Of a stretch of DNA of 64,000 nt, positions 45,507 through 57,870 are shown piece by piece. How positions within the stretch are numbered: position 1 is the stretch's first letter; each line of letters opens with the position of its first letter. The notes beneath the pieces were generated by a model. The model worked only from the letters and a program-made list of their open reading frames with translations. It was not told the DNA's origin and searched no databases. A program made the translations under genes and the position numbers. The stretch comes from Vulcanimicrobiota bacterium (GTDB taxonomy: Bacteria; Vulcanimicrobiota; Vulcanimicrobiia; Vulcanimicrobiales; Vulcanimicrobiaceae): NCBI GenBank assembly GCA_963714015.1, contig OY970223.1, positions 1,728,001 to 1,792,000 on the forward strand, given 5' to 3'.

Positions 45507-46319
45507 GTGCTGGGCCTGTTCGACTCCGGACTGGGCGGACTCACCGTTCTGCGCAATCTGCGCGCGCGTCTGCCGCGCGCCGATCTGTTTTTTTTCGCCG
45601 ATCAGGCGCACGCGCCTTACGGCGATCGCCGGCCCGACGACCTCGTGCGATTGATGCACGGCAATCTGACTTGGCTGGACGAACTCGGCGTCGACGGGAT
45701 CGTGATGGCCTGCAATACGTCGTGCGCAATGGGCGAGAGTTATGGGTGGCCGCCGCTCAGCGTACCGGTGATCGACTTAATCGAATCCGCGGCTCTCGCC
45801 GTCGAATCCGCCGGTGTGGGGCGCGTTGGGATCGTCGCAACCACGGCAACCGTCCGCAGCAGCGCCTATCCGCGACGAATCAACGCGCGCGTTCCAACCG
45901 CGCATATCGTTCAAATCGCGGCACCAAAACTCGTGCCGCTCGTGGAGGCTGGGATGCTTCACGGCGAAGAGCCGCGCAGCGCGGTTCAAGAGGTCTGTGC
46001 CCAGCTTCCCAATGACGTCGAAGCCATCGTCCTGGCCTGCACGCACTATCCGCTTTTGGACGAGCATTTTGAAGCCGCGCTGGGGCCGCGGATCCTTCGG
46101 CTCGATCCGGCCACGCTTCAGGCGGAGCGCGCTGCCGAGTTGTTGGGCGATTGCGCCGGCGGAAACGGCGCGGCGGAGTGCGTTACGAACGGCGATCTCG
46201 CCGTGTTCCGGTCGCGCCTTGCGGAGCTGGTGCCGGAGATTCCGGCCCAGGCCCGGCACGTGGACGAAGTACGCTACTTAGCCCGAATTTCGAACGCCTC
46301 CGCGGCGCCCGAAATCTGA
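45507..46319 (+). CDS. murI: Glutamate racemase
   Basis: LFDSGLGGLTV, PYG, MACNTS, LACTHYP. Confidence 0.95.
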   Translation: MLGLFDSGLGGLTVLRNLRARLPRADLFFFADQAHAPYGDRRPDDLVRLMHGNLTWLDELGVDGIVMACNTSCAMGESYGWPPLSVPVIDLIESAALAVESAGVGRVGIVATTATVRSSAYPRRINARVPTAHIVQIAAPKLVPLVEAGMLHGEEPRSAVQEVCAQLPNDVEAIVLACTHYPLLDEHFEAALGPRILRLDPATLQAERAAELLGDCAGGNGAAECVTNGDLAVFRSRLAELVPEIPAQARHVDEVRYLARISNASAAPEI

Positions 46320-46567
46320 AGCACCTTGGCGATTATCGGCGGCACGTTCAACAGGCGCATCTGCGCCTGGGGATGACGGCGAGCCAGGCGGTGACGCGTC
46401 GTCAGAAGCAAACCGACAGCGCCGGCGTCCATGAACGTCGTCTTGCGAAAATCGATGTCGACGTCGCCGTCCAGCGGCAGCCGGTCCAACTCCGTACGAA
46501 GTTCTTCCCTGCGGAAAACGTCGTATTCGCCGCCGTTAAGAACGGCAACCCGAACGTTCACGGGCAT
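46274..46567 (-). CDS. STAS domain anti-sigma factor antagonist
   Basis: GGEYDV..IDFRKTTFMDAGAVGLL..AKVLQISG. Confidence 0.82.
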   Translation of the reverse strand: MPVNVRVAVLNGGEYDVFRREELRTELDRLPLDGDVDIDFRKTTFMDAGAVGLLLTTRHRLARRHPQAQMRLLNVPPIIAKVLQISGAAEAFEIRAK

Positions 46568-46649
46568 TACATCCTTCTCCCCAGCTCAGCATACCGCCGC
46601 CAAGCGAGCGAGTGCAACGACTTTTTGTAGAAAGTTTCGGGATTCGGTC

Positions 46650-47303
46650 TTAATACCAGACCGACGTGCGGATGTGGAAAAGGTAGAAGAAGAGCATCAC
46701 GCTGACCGCACCGAGGGCCGCCCCGGCAACGACTTGGCCTAGCGTGTGAGCCTTCAAGTAGACCCGCGCCCAGCAAACGGAAGGGATCAGCACCAGAAAC
46801 GGCAGCGGCTGACGTCCGTAGAGAATCGTTAGCGCAACCAGCGGCGCCGTAATGCCCAACGCGTGCGTACTAATCTTCCAGTATCTCGTGATGTATTGCA
46901 CGACGATCGTCGCGAGCGTGTAACCGGCGAGCGTTGCAATCAGCAGTTTGGGCGAATGCGTTAGCCACAAAACGATCGTGCCGATGAGATAAAAAACGAC
47001 GAAGACGCCGAAGACCTTCTCTCGCTCCTCGCGGATCGACATATCCAGATCGGAGATCCGGTCCGTGGCGTATAGCCAAAAAATAAAGAGCATCGGGCCG
47101 ATAGAGGTGAAGAACGTGGAGAGGAAGAGCAACCACCAAAAGTCGTCGGTGGATCCGGCGATCGCGTGCGAAAGAATCGTGAACAGCGCTATCGCCGTGA
47201 GAAACGGATTGAAGATCGTGGAAAGAATTCGCGCCAAGTCGCGCCAGACGCGCCGGTTTTTGATGGGTACGGACGCGAGCGGACGCCGTTCGAGCACAAA
47301 CAT
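46650..47303 (-). CDS. PAP2-like integral membrane protein
   Basis: About 7 TM helices, WKISTH, WARVYLKAHTLGQVVAG. Confidence 0.75.
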   Translation of the reverse strand: MFVLERRPLASVPIKNRRVWRDLARILSTIFNPFLTAIALFTILSHAIAGSTDDFWWLLFLSTFFTSIGPMLFIFWLYATDRISDLDMSIREEREKVFGVFVVFYLIGTIVLWLTHSPKLLIATLAGYTLATIVVQYITRYWKISTHALGITAPLVALTILYGRQPLPFLVLIPSVCWARVYLKAHTLGQVVAGAALGAVSVMLFFYLFHIRTSVWY

Positions 47304-47392
47304 CTACTAAACCGCGGCAGGAGGGGTTCCTGCTTGCCTGCTAGGCCCAAGGGGACAAATGTTAAGGGTGTGTCGAATGGCCCCCCACTAGT

Positions 47393-49285
47393 ATGCTTCT
47401 GGAACGAATCGATTCGCCCGCCGATCTTAAGAAACTCACCCGTACCGAAATAGACAAGCTGGCTCAGGAGATTCGCGAAAGTCTCATTGCGGTCTGCGCC
47501 GTGAACGGCGGACACTTGGCGCCCAATCTGGGCGTGGTCGAGCTTACGCTGGCGCTTCATCGGGTTCTCGATCCGCCCGCCGATCGGGTTGTCTGGGACG
47601 TCAGCCATCAGGCCTACGTTCACAAAATCCTTACCGGACGGCGCGGCCGCTTCCCTACGATTCGCAAGGGCGGCGGTCTTTCGGGATTCGCAATGCGTTC
47701 CGAGTCCGAGTACGACTGTTTCGGCGCAGGCCACGCGAGTACGAGCGTGTCGGCGGCGCTCGGCATGGCCAAGGCGCGCGACCTTGCCAAGCGCACCGAG
47801 ACGATCGTCGCAGTGCTCGGCGACGGAGCGCTCACCGGCGGACTTGCGTACGAGGCGCTCAATAACGCCGGCCAGATGCGAGCGAATTTCATCGTGATCC
47901 TGAACGACAACGAGATGTCGATCGCACCGAACGTCGGATCGATCGCATCGTATCTCTCCGTGCTGCGCAGCAAGCCAATCGCCAACCTTGCGAGGCGCAC
48001 CGGAAAACAGGTGCTCGATGCGATTCCGCTCGGCGGTATGGCGAAGAAGGCAATCGAATCCGCCGAACTCGGAGCGATGCGGTTTATCGCGCCGGCCGAA
48101 AAGGCCGCAGTGATCTTCGAAGAGCTCGGCTTCCGCTACATCGGACCGGTGGACGGACACAATTTCGACGCGCTGGTGGATGCGCTTCAGACGGCACAGG
48201 CCATTCCTCGCGCGGTGCTGCTCCACGTGCGCACCGTCAAGGGCAAGGGATATGAGCCGGCGGAACGCGATTCGAGGACTTTCCACGGGCTGGGCGCGTT
48301 CGACAAAGCGAACGGGCAAGTGATCAAAAAGCCGGATGCGCCGCTGACGTTCTCGCAAGCATTCGGCGAAGCGATGGTTCAGGTCGCGCAGCGCGATTCC
48401 AAAGTGATCGGCATCACCGCGGCAATGCCGGACGGGACGGGACTGGCGAAGTTCGGCAAAGCGTTCCCGGATCGTTATTTCGACGTCGGCATCGCCGAAG
48501 CGCACGCCGTCTGCTTTGCAGCCGGCGCGGCGACGAGCGGCCTCAAGCCGGTGTGCGCGATATACTCCACGTTTCTGCAGCGCGCGTACGATCAGATCGT
48601 ACACGACGTGTGCATCCAAAATCTTCCCGTCGTCTTTTGCATGGATCGCGCGGGCTTCGTCGGGGACGACGGTCCGACGCACATGGGGCTGTACGACATC
48701 GCGTATCTGCGCACGCTGCCCAATATCACGGTCATGGCGCCGCGCCACGAAAGCGAGCTGCTGCCCATGCTCGAGCATGCGCTTGCGCTCGGAGCGCCCG
48801 CTGCCATCAGGTATCCGCGCGGATCCACGTCGGGGAAATACGCTCAGCCGCCCACGCCCATCGTCCAAGGCCGGGCCGAGGTACTGCGCGAGGGCTCCGG
48901 CGTGGCGATTCTGGCCTATGGCAACACTGTCGACGTAGCGCTCGAATCTTACGACTTGGCCAAAGACCGGGGCGAGGTATTGCCGACGGTCGTCAACATG
49001 CGCTTCGTCAAGCCCCTCGACGAGGCGCTTTTGATGGAGCTGGACCAGCGGCACTCGCACGTTCTTACCTTAGAAGAACACTCGCTCGCAGGCGGCTTCG
49101 GCTCGGCGGTGGTAGAGTTCATCTCCGATCACGGATTGAATCTCTGCGTCGAACGGATCGGCGTTCCGAACAACGCGCTCGTTCAGCACGAGGCCCAGCC
49201 CAAGCAGCGGTCACTCTTCGGTCTCACGGGCGAACATGTGGCCGCGCGCGCCGCGAGCGTTCTTGTGGCTCGGGTCCGTCCGTGA
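47393..49285 (+). CDS. dxs: 1-deoxy-D-xylulose-5-phosphate synthase
   Basis: GGHLAPNLGVVEL, WDVSHQAY, GAGHASTS, GDGALTGG..LNDNEMSI, DVGIAEAH, DRAG..DGPTH, IRYPRG. Confidence 0.98.
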   Translation: MLLERIDSPADLKKLTRTEIDKLAQEIRESLIAVCAVNGGHLAPNLGVVELTLALHRVLDPPADRVVWDVSHQAYVHKILTGRRGRFPTIRKGGGLSGFAMRSESEYDCFGAGHASTSVSAALGMAKARDLAKRTETIVAVLGDGALTGGLAYEALNNAGQMRANFIVILNDNEMSIAPNVGSIASYLSVLRSKPIANLARRTGKQVLDAIPLGGMAKKAIESAELGAMRFIAPAEKAAVIFEELGFRYIGPVDGHNFDALVDALQTAQAIPRAVLLHVRTVKGKGYEPAERDSRTFHGLGAFDKANGQVIKKPDAPLTFSQAFGEAMVQVAQRDSKVIGITAAMPDGTGLAKFGKAFPDRYFDVGIAEAHAVCFAAGAATSGLKPVCAIYSTFLQRAYDQIVHDVCIQNLPVVFCMDRAGFVGDDGPTHMGLYDIAYLRTLPNITVMAPRHESELLPMLEHALALGAPAAIRYPRGSTSGKYAQPPTPIVQGRAEVLREGSGVAILAYGNTVDVALESYDLAKDRGEVLPTVVNMRFVKPLDEALLMELDQRHSHVLTLEEHSLAGGFGSAVVEFISDHGLNLCVERIGVPNNALVQHEAQPKQRSLFGLTGEHVAARAASVLVARVRP

Positions 49286-49325
49286 TAAAATCGTCCAGTT
49301 TTTCAGTCCGCGTAGGAGAACCCGT

Positions 49326-49679
49326 TTGATTTCAGCCCTGCTTGCTGCCGCAGCCCCTGTAAAGGCCGCGGCTACCGCCATACCGCAGGCCGCAGTGCCG
49401 CCCGCAGCGGCCGCCGTCCCTCACCTGACCGTCTTTCAGCTGCACTACGGCTGGCTGACGCACATCCTCGCCGCCCTGTTCATTATCACGGCGTTGCTGC
49501 TCATCGTCCTTCTGGCGGCCCAGACGACCAAGCAAGAGGGCCTCTCGGGGTCCATCGGCGGCGCCGTTCAGTCCGCGTACGGCCGCCCGGGAGCCGAAGA
49601 ACAGCTCAAGCGCTTCACCGGCATGATGGCCGTCGGCTTCGTCGTTCTCGGAACGATCCTCTCACTCACCGGAATCTGA
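49326..49679 (+). CDS. secG: Preprotein translocase subunit SecG with an Ala/Pro-rich N-terminal extension
   Basis: TM-QTTKQEGLSGSIGG..LKRFT-TM; AGGAG RBS before TTG 49326. Confidence 0.85.
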   Translation: MISALLAAAAPVKAAATAIPQAAVPPAAAAVPHLTVFQLHYGWLTHILAALFIITALLLIVLLAAQTTKQEGLSGSIGGAVQSAYGRPGAEEQLKRFTGMMAVGFVVLGTILSLTGI

Positions 49680-49692
49680 GCGCCGCCCGCGC

Positions 49693-50702
<1,010 letters not shown>

Positions 50703-50706
<4 letters not shown>

Positions 50707-51779
50707 ACGGCAAGCCGCTCGTCGAAGTAAAGAACCTCTATAAGTATTTTCCGATTCACGCCGGCTTGCTCTCCCGTCACGTAGCGGACGTCAAAGCCGT
50801 AGACGGCGTCGACTTCGCGATTTCGGCCGGCGAAACGCTTGGTTTGGTCGGCGAATCCGGATCCGGAAAGACGACCGTCGGCCGCGTCATCTTGCGGCTG
50901 TTGACCGCCGGCAGCGGCGAGGTTTGGTTCGACGGACGCAACATCCTCAATTGCACTCGCTCGGAATTGCGCCGCCTGCGCAAAGAGATACAAATCATCT
51001 TTCAGGATCCGTTCGCATCGCTCAATCCGCGCATGACGGTTTCCGATATCGTCGGGGAGCCGCTGCGCATTCACCACCTGGCTTCAGGCAAGGCCGTGCA
51101 GGATCGCGTTCAGGAGTTGCTGCGGGTCGTGGGATTGCAGCCGTATCATGCCAACCGTTACCCTCACGAATTCTCAGGCGGACAGCGTCAGCGCATCGGC
51201 ATCGCGCGCGCGTTGGCCGTAGATCCGAAGTTTATCGTTTGCGACGAGCCGGTTTCCGCACTCGATGTTTCCATTCAAGCGCAGGTGATCAATCTTCTGG
51301 AAGATCTGCAGCAGCAGCTTGGGCTGACGTACTTGTTCATCGCGCACGACTTGTCGGTCGTGCGCCACATCTCGACGCGCGTTGCCGTGATGTACGTCGG
51401 CAAGATCATGGAGCTGGCCGATCGCGACGAGCTCTACGAAAATCCGCTGCACCCGTACACGCAATCGCTGCTCAGCGCGATACCCATTCCGGATCCGCAC
51501 GTCGAGCAGCGCCGCAAGCGCATCGTCCTCACCGGCGACATTCCTTCGCCGGTGAATCCGCCGTCGGGCTGCCGCTTTCACACCCGTTGCCCCATAGCGT
51601 TCGATCGCTGCAAGGCCGAGATTCCCGGGTTCAACGAATACCGGCCCGGGCATTTCGCTGCATGCCACTGGGTGGAAGAACACGGCGGTCAAGCTCCGCA
51701 GATCGCGCAGAAAGTTCCGGTCGCGGCCACCGGTGTCGTCGTCGAGCCCGGTTCGCTCTCCGGCGAAGTCTCAACGTAA
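50703..51779 (+). CDS. Oligo/dipeptide ABC transporter ATP-binding protein (OppF/DppF)
   Basis: [53 protein letters not shown] overlap. Confidence 0.95.
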
Positions 51780-51800
51780 CCGAACCCGTCGAAATGCAGT

Positions 51801-51832
51801 GGAACGCAGCGTCCGTGCGGCCGCTGCGTTCC
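51801..51832 (+). terminator. GC-rich hairpin downstream of the oppF-like gene
   Basis: Perfect 11-bp stem GGAACGCAGCG / CGCTGCGTTCC; no U-tract. Confidence 0.5.
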
Positions 51833-52027
51833 GGGTCTCTGAGGGGTTGATCCGTTCAAACTAGGGTCTGCTTGTGCTAGGTAGTAAGTGGTAACTGTGA
51901 CACAATGTACCCTGTAGCGCCGACTTTAGTCGTCCTGTGCCTGCCGCGTCGAGGGGCAACCGGGCCCTAACGAAGGTCCGGCGCGTCTCCTACGGTCTTC
52001 GAAAGTTTCGGACGATACTTAGACCAG

Positions 52028-52702
52028 ATGCTCGAGTTGCTTACTTGGTTTGCCGGTAAACCGGAGAACCGCAGGCGCTATCCGCGCCGGGCCGGCGGCT
52101 TTCGGGTTTGGATTGCCTCGGACTCGGGGTGGAACAGCGCCGGCGGGGTGGACATCTCAGCAAGCGGCATGGGGCTTATCGCGCCCTCTAAGTTCGCCAA
52201 AGACGAGGTGAACCTGCGAATCGTCATCGAGAACAAAGCGATCGTCGTGCGCGCGAAACAGGTGTGGTGCATACCGGGAACGCTGCAAGGCAAGCCGGTG
52301 TTCCGGTACGGCGTTCAATACACCGGCATCGGCGCCGACGATTGGGACGCGCTCGTGAGGTTTTGCAACAGCGAGTCCGTGAACGTCGAGAACAAGGCGC
52401 AAAAAGAACTCGAGATGGTGCGCATGCAGGCCGACGACGTCGCGCGGCTGATCCCGACTCGCCTGCAGGAGCGGCTGCTGAACATGCTCGTGCAGTCCCG
52501 TCGCCTCTCGCCGCTCGAAAAAGACAAAATTCCGCTGGTTCAATACGCTTACGGGGGCGTCACCAAGCGCGGGAGCAAGCAGCTTCACCGCTTACAGATC
52601 CACTCCCGCGTCGTGGAAGAGGTCACGGGCGAAACCGTCTCGTTCGACACCCGGTTTCTTTTCGATGAATCGGGTACGGACGTCGAAATGGATAAGAGGT
52701 AA
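52028..52702 (+). CDS. PilZ domain-containing protein
   Basis: RRRYPR (RxxxR) and DISASG (DxSxxG) c-di-GMP motifs, followed by an unassigned C-terminal domain. Confidence 0.82.
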   Translation: MLELLTWFAGKPENRRRYPRRAGGFRVWIASDSGWNSAGGVDISASGMGLIAPSKFAKDEVNLRIVIENKAIVVRAKQVWCIPGTLQGKPVFRYGVQYTGIGADDWDALVRFCNSESVNVENKAQKELEMVRMQADDVARLIPTRLQERLLNMLVQSRRLSPLEKDKIPLVQYAYGGVTKRGSKQLHRLQIHSRVVEEVTGETVSFDTRFLFDESGTDVEMDKR

Positions 52703-52743
52703 GCTCTGAAGGAGCCTCGCGGGCTTTTTCAGAGGTTACGTTA

Positions 52744-53514
52744 GTGACTCAGAACAAGGTCATCGCGGCCGGCCGCCGGATCGAGGCGGCACACGTCCCC
52801 GGAAATTCCAAACTCCCGGTCCTCGTGCTGCTGCACGAAGGCCTTGGATCGGTCGAGCTTTGGAAAGATTTCCCGAACGAACTGGCCGATCGCACGGGTT
52901 GCGCAGTGCTGACGTACTCTCGCTATGGCAACGGCCGTTCGGAAGTATTGAACGAGGCGCGCACCGCGTTGTACATGCACGAAGAAGCGTGCGGAGCGCT
53001 TCCCCAGCTTCTGGACGCCTTCGGCGTGCGCGATCCGGTGCTCGTAGGGCACAGCGACGGTGCTTCGATCGCGCTGATCTATGCGGGGTTGCAAGTCGGC
53101 AGCGTACGGGCAGTGGTCGCCGAAGCTCCGCACGTTTTCGTCGAGGATATCTCCGTGCGCAGTATTGCGCAAGCGCGCGAGGCATACGTAAAGGGCGATC
53201 TGCGGGACCGTTTGGCGCGGTATCATCGCGACGTCGATCGAACCTTTTTCGGCTGGAACGACATCTGGCTCGATCCGGGATTCCGCGCCTGGGATATCCG
53301 GAAAGTCCTTGGGTCAATAGCAGTGCCGATGCTGCTCGTTCAAGGATTGCAGGACGAGTACGGAACGCTTGCGCAGATCGATGCGATCCGCACCGAAGCG
53401 AAATCAGCGCCGGTTGACGCGCTCGTGCTGGCAAATTGCGGTCACGCTCCGCATCGCGACCGGCGGGCGATCGTCTTGGACGCCATTGCCGGTTTTCTCA
53501 GCGGCGTCGTTTGA
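52744..53514 (+). CDS. Alpha/beta hydrolase
   Basis: LLHEGLGS, GHSDGASI, QGLQDEYG, CGHAPH. Confidence 0.92.
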   Translation: MTQNKVIAAGRRIEAAHVPGNSKLPVLVLLHEGLGSVELWKDFPNELADRTGCAVLTYSRYGNGRSEVLNEARTALYMHEEACGALPQLLDAFGVRDPVLVGHSDGASIALIYAGLQVGSVRAVVAEAPHVFVEDISVRSIAQAREAYVKGDLRDRLARYHRDVDRTFFGWNDIWLDPGFRAWDIRKVLGSIAVPMLLVQGLQDEYGTLAQIDAIRTEAKSAPVDALVLANCGHAPHRDRRAIVLDAIAGFLSGVV

Positions 53515-53530
53515 GGATCGAACTCGGGCA

Positions 53531-55859
53531 TTAGTTGCGGAACGTGAGAATTGCGCGTAAACCGAAGGGTTCCATGTAGAGAGCATCGGTAGGAATCGGT
53601 CCGGAGAGCCCCGCGTAAGGAACCCCGGCGCCGAAGCGGGTAAATTTACCGGCTGCGGCGTTGAACAGGTTCGTGCCCGCCAGTGAAAGGTCCATGTGCG
53701 GGCCGATTTGCTTTCCGACCAACGCGTTCACGATGGTGAAAGGTCCTTGATTCAGCTCGTTGTTGTTTCCGCGGAAGATCGCCGCACCGGCAGCATGCCA
53801 GGTCGCGCCGGCCCAATCGAGCTCGAGCGATCCTTGCTGCTGCGGGATGTTGGGAAATTGCCGATTGTCGACGAGATTCGCCGCAGACGTGGGGTTCGAG
53901 AAAAACGCGTTGAGATCGTCGGGGTACGCAACGTTGAGCCCGTACATCGCAGTCAAGAACAAGTGCTGTGGAGCAAACCGCTGGAGGTAGCGTATCTCGG
54001 CGCCTTGATAAACGGCGTTGCCGACGTTGCTGTTGTAGGAGACGCAGCCGGGGATTGGATTGCTCGCGGAGTTATTCGTGCATCCGCCGGATTGCGCCAG
54101 AGCAATGGGATAGTAGATCTCGATCGGATTGCGCAAGTTGGTGCGATAAAGCGAAACGTCGAGCGTTGCAGATTGGAACTCGTGAGACGCGCCCAACTCG
54201 TATTCGGTGGCGTGCTCGGGGTGCTCGCCGGGATTTCCTTGGCCGACGAAGACGCCCAGAGCATCCTGCGCCAATTGCGGCAACGGAAACTGATACCGCT
54301 CGACGAGCAGGGGCGCTCGAAATCCCGTGCCGAGCGAAAACCGTAGGGTCGTTTTGGGATCGGCCGCATAGAGTGCAGCGAAACGACCGTCCAGATTCGA
54401 ACCGAAGCTGGTGTACTGCGAATCGAACAGTCCGCTTTCCAAGCGCAGCTTGCGCGCGGGCTGGAAACCGCCGCGCGCGTACAGGACGTTTATCGTTTGG
54501 CCCAGATTCGGCGTTGCCTGCGCGGCAGTGACGGGGCTAATTCCGGGGGGCGCCGCAAAGACGAGCTGCTCGTAGCGCGTGTAGCCGCCTAAAGAAAATT
54601 GCGAGGTCGCAAAGTCGCGCTCCCAGTTCAGCGCGCCGTTGTAACGGCGGTCGGTATGGGTGACGTCGTATGCCGGATCCGAAACGTTGCCGGAAATCGT
54701 CACGCCGTTGTCGCTCTCGGACGCATCCGTCGTGAGCTCACCCGAACCCAAGGGAAGGCGATCGGTAATCTGATAGGCGCGGATAACCTGGGCGAACGTC
54801 TGCGGGCCCGGACCGATAAATTGTCCGTAACTCGGCGTGCCCCGGTCGGCTGCAAGTTGGTCGATGCCGTTGATGGAAGCGCTTTGATCGCGCACGTCGC
54901 CTAAAAGAAAGACGCGCGCGGTCACGTCGGCGTCCTGCGAGAAGGACCAGGTCATGTTGGCCAATCCGGCATGCGATGCGATCGATGAGCCGAGCGTTGT
55001 GGGGGTCGTGCCGTTGAGCAGTACCGTTTGATTCACGTAGCCGGCTTCGTTTTGATCGTCGGCCGCAAACGCGTAGCCGAGTTTACCATGGGATCCCGTG
55101 CTGTTGAACCATCCTTCGCTCTGTCCGAAGGAGCCGCCGGAGAGCGACAAGGCGTAATGCGGATCGCGCGTCGGCTGCAGCGATACAAGATTGATTGCAC
55201 CGCCGAACGTGTTGCTGCCGTTACTGTCTTCGGGACCCAAGCCCTCGCTGACGCTTACGGCGGAGAACGCCGATGCCGGCAATCGCGAAAGGTCCAGATC
55301 GCCGGTGTTGCCGTCATTGAGCAGCTGACGATCGAGCGCGATCAGCGACTCGGACGGATCGGGCCCGCGCAGCGCTACGACGGTTATCGAGTCTGTCGTT
55401 GCCGCCGTCGGGATGTGCGAAAGTCGCACCGGGAAGTGATTGCAGACCTTCGACGATGCGGTCGTCGCCCAAGCGGTCCAAATCGGCGCGTGAGACGGTA
55501 ATCGTCGGTATCGCTCCGAGGATTGGCGTCAACCGTCCATCCACGCTGACGGTAGCTATCGTTCGCAGCGTGGGCGCATCGATGGGTTCCAGCGCGATGT
55601 CGACGGTGCTGTCGCGATCCAGCGTTATGAGCACCGAGGCGGATCGGTAGCCGCTGCTGGAGGCATCGAGTTCGTACTCACCCGGCGCCGATTGCAGAGT
55701 GAAGGTTCCCGACGAATCCGACGTCGTCGAAACGGACGCTTCCTTTGCGTGCAATACGAGACGCGCACCCGCTAAAGGCGCGCCTGCGGGAGAATGAACG
55801 TGACCCGTGAGCAGACAGCAAGAGGCGGCCAAGCCGCCGAGGATTCCCGTGATGGACAT
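53531..55859 (-). CDS. TonB-dependent receptor, frameshifted at about 55400
   Basis: N-terminal carboxypeptidase-regulatory-like domain, plug (LRGPDPSE..GGAINL), beta-barrel motifs (TGFRAP, PEHATEYELG, NLFN). Removing one A in ggcggcAacgaca joins ORFs 55314..55859 and 53531..55429. Confidence 0.88.
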
Positions 55860-55870
55860 GTGGTGTTAGA

Positions 55871-56380
55871 CTACTCTCCGCTCTTGTAAAACAACCGGTA
55901 GCGCGATTCGTTGATCTCGCGGCTCTCGACGCGCGCAGCAACTGCATCCGCCAGCACATCGATCATGTTGTCCAGAGTTTTCTCAGCCATTCCGCGCGCG
56001 ATGGTCTTGTCCAATATCGCCCCTAGCCCCCTCAGGGGCACTTCATACGTTCCCGTCATCCACAAGATCGATGCGGATGGACCGTTACTGTCTATACCGC
56101 AGCCGCCCTCGAACTCCGGAAACGCTTCCGGGCTGCGTTTTGATCGCATCCTGAAGCGGATCTCGTGCCGGGGCTCCAGGCGCTCCTCCAGACCGGATAT
56201 CTCCACCGGGACTGCAATGTAGCCGACATCGGGCAGCCCAAGTGAGCCCAGCGTCGCGACGAGCGCAAAGTCGCCCCACTTGTCGTTGCCGCGCTCGATG
56301 TCGTGAAGAATCCCCGAGAGTGCCGAGCGTCCCGGAATCACCGGTACGCGCAGCGCGCGCTGAAGATTAATCTCGGCCAT
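55871..56380 (-). CDS. Hypothetical protein (SRPBCC/START-like)
   Basis: FPEFEG..GTYEVPLRGLGAILD C-terminal helix; TATAAT-N6-ATG upstream. Confidence 0.7.
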   Translation of the reverse strand: MAEINLQRALRVPVIPGRSALSGILHDIERGNDKWGDFALVATLGSLGLPDVGYIAVPVEISGLEERLEPRHEIRFRMRSKRSPEAFPEFEGGCGIDSNGPSASILWMTGTYEVPLRGLGAILDKTIARGMAEKTLDNMIDVLADAVAARVESREINESRYRLFYKSGE

Positions 56381-56406
56381 GCCGCCATTATAGCGTAACG
56401 GCCAAG

Positions 56407-57866
56407 TCAGAGCGGCGTGAGGTAGAGATGAGCGTGCGGGTAATCCAGCACGATTCGGAACTTTGACAGAAATTCGGCACCCAAATGGCCGTCCGCGGTA
56501 CCTTGCAGCGTGCGCGTCGTTCCGATCGGCTGATCCTGTGCGGTGATGCCGCCGAGGCGGATCACGGGTAAGGCGCCGAGCTCTTCCACGCTGGTTCCTC
56601 CGACGCCGCCTACTTGTGCGCTCGAGGTAATCGCGAAGAGGTTGGAATGTTGCTCGTAATAGCTGTACGCGAGGTTGATGTTGGATTCGTCCCCGGTGTC
56701 TATCGCGAGTTTGGCGGAGTCATTGCCGAGCATCACGTTGACGACGGGAATAAATCCCGAGAACGTCATCGACAGGGAATTCGCGTCCGTTACCGGATCG
56801 TCGACTCCGAAGACCAGCACATGGTTGCCGTAATCTATCGTGACGGGCACCGTGGCCAGCACGTCGGCGCCGACGACGACGTCGTAGCCGTAACGCTCTA
56901 CGTCGTTCAGAACGATATAGTCGGCGTTGCCGAAATTCACGTTACCCATCTCCAGGGGACCGGTGCGCACCACTTCGACCTCGTCGGAGAATTTTCCGAG
57001 GCCCGCGACGGGCAGCATGCCAATCGGCTTGAGGTTCAACTTCTGAGCAAGTTGCGCGCTAATCGAAAGGGTGGAATTGCCGGTGTCGACCAGGCAGCGA
57101 GCACTGACGCCGGCAATTTTGCAGGTTCCGATCGGCGAGACTGCGTTAGGGTCCAGCGGCATGCGCCCGAGCGATCCGGATTCGAGTGCGGCGAAAGACC
57201 CTGCGGCGCCTCCAACGGCCCCGCAACGATTGTCCGGGTGATGTACCGTTCGGCCGGCGTGCCGTCGACGTCTACGTCGAACGGTAACGAAAACGCATCG
57301 ACGCGACGGTAATCACTGAGCCGGATCGTCGCGCCGGTCGAGCTGACACGCGCACCCGCAACCAGTCCGGTCTTCGGATCCACGTAGACCGCGATAGGCG
57401 TTGCTTGCGGCGCGGCAACGATCAGGCGGCGGCACTGTACGCCGTCAAAGGATTCTTGACCGGTGTCTTGGACGTTGCCTCCGGCTGCCGTAAAGTGCGG
57501 ATCCAGAAATTCGAGAACGCCGAGTAGGCGAAGCGCGCGCAGATCGGGATCGGTTTTGTCGTCCATGGGCACGGTTGTGCCGTTTAAGTTGAACCGAAAT
57601 AACCGGCTGCCGTCGAAATAGCTTCCGACGCAGATCGTTCCGTTGCATTCGCGCAGCGTATACCTCAAACCGAGCGCCTCGGTTTGAGCAACCGCGGGGA
57701 TTCCGTCAACGACATGTTGCGATATGCTCACGAGGTGCATGTCGTACAGGCCGCCGTTCACCGTGCGCATTTTCACCAAAAGCGCCGCAAGCGGGGACGG
57801 TGGGGCCGCGCCGAGCGAAGCAAGCGCGACTGCGCAAAGCAAAACGAGCCGGGCGGCGAAGCGCAT
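56407..57866 (-). CDS. Secreted aspartyl protease (two retropepsin-like domains), frameshifted at about 57183
   Basis: Signal peptide and N-terminal domain (ORF 57036..57866); LVDTGN, VVGADVL, AIDTGD, GHLGAEFL in ORF 56407..57162. Confidence 0.82.
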
Positions 57867-57870
57867 CGCT

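Noticed and set aside
47189..49060. Long antisense ORF (623 aa) and similar ones at 3197-4243, 35853-37088, 40890-41933 and 59455-60540
   Set aside because: They overlap well-supported genes and have no motifs; such stop-poor alternative frames are expected in GC-rich DNA.
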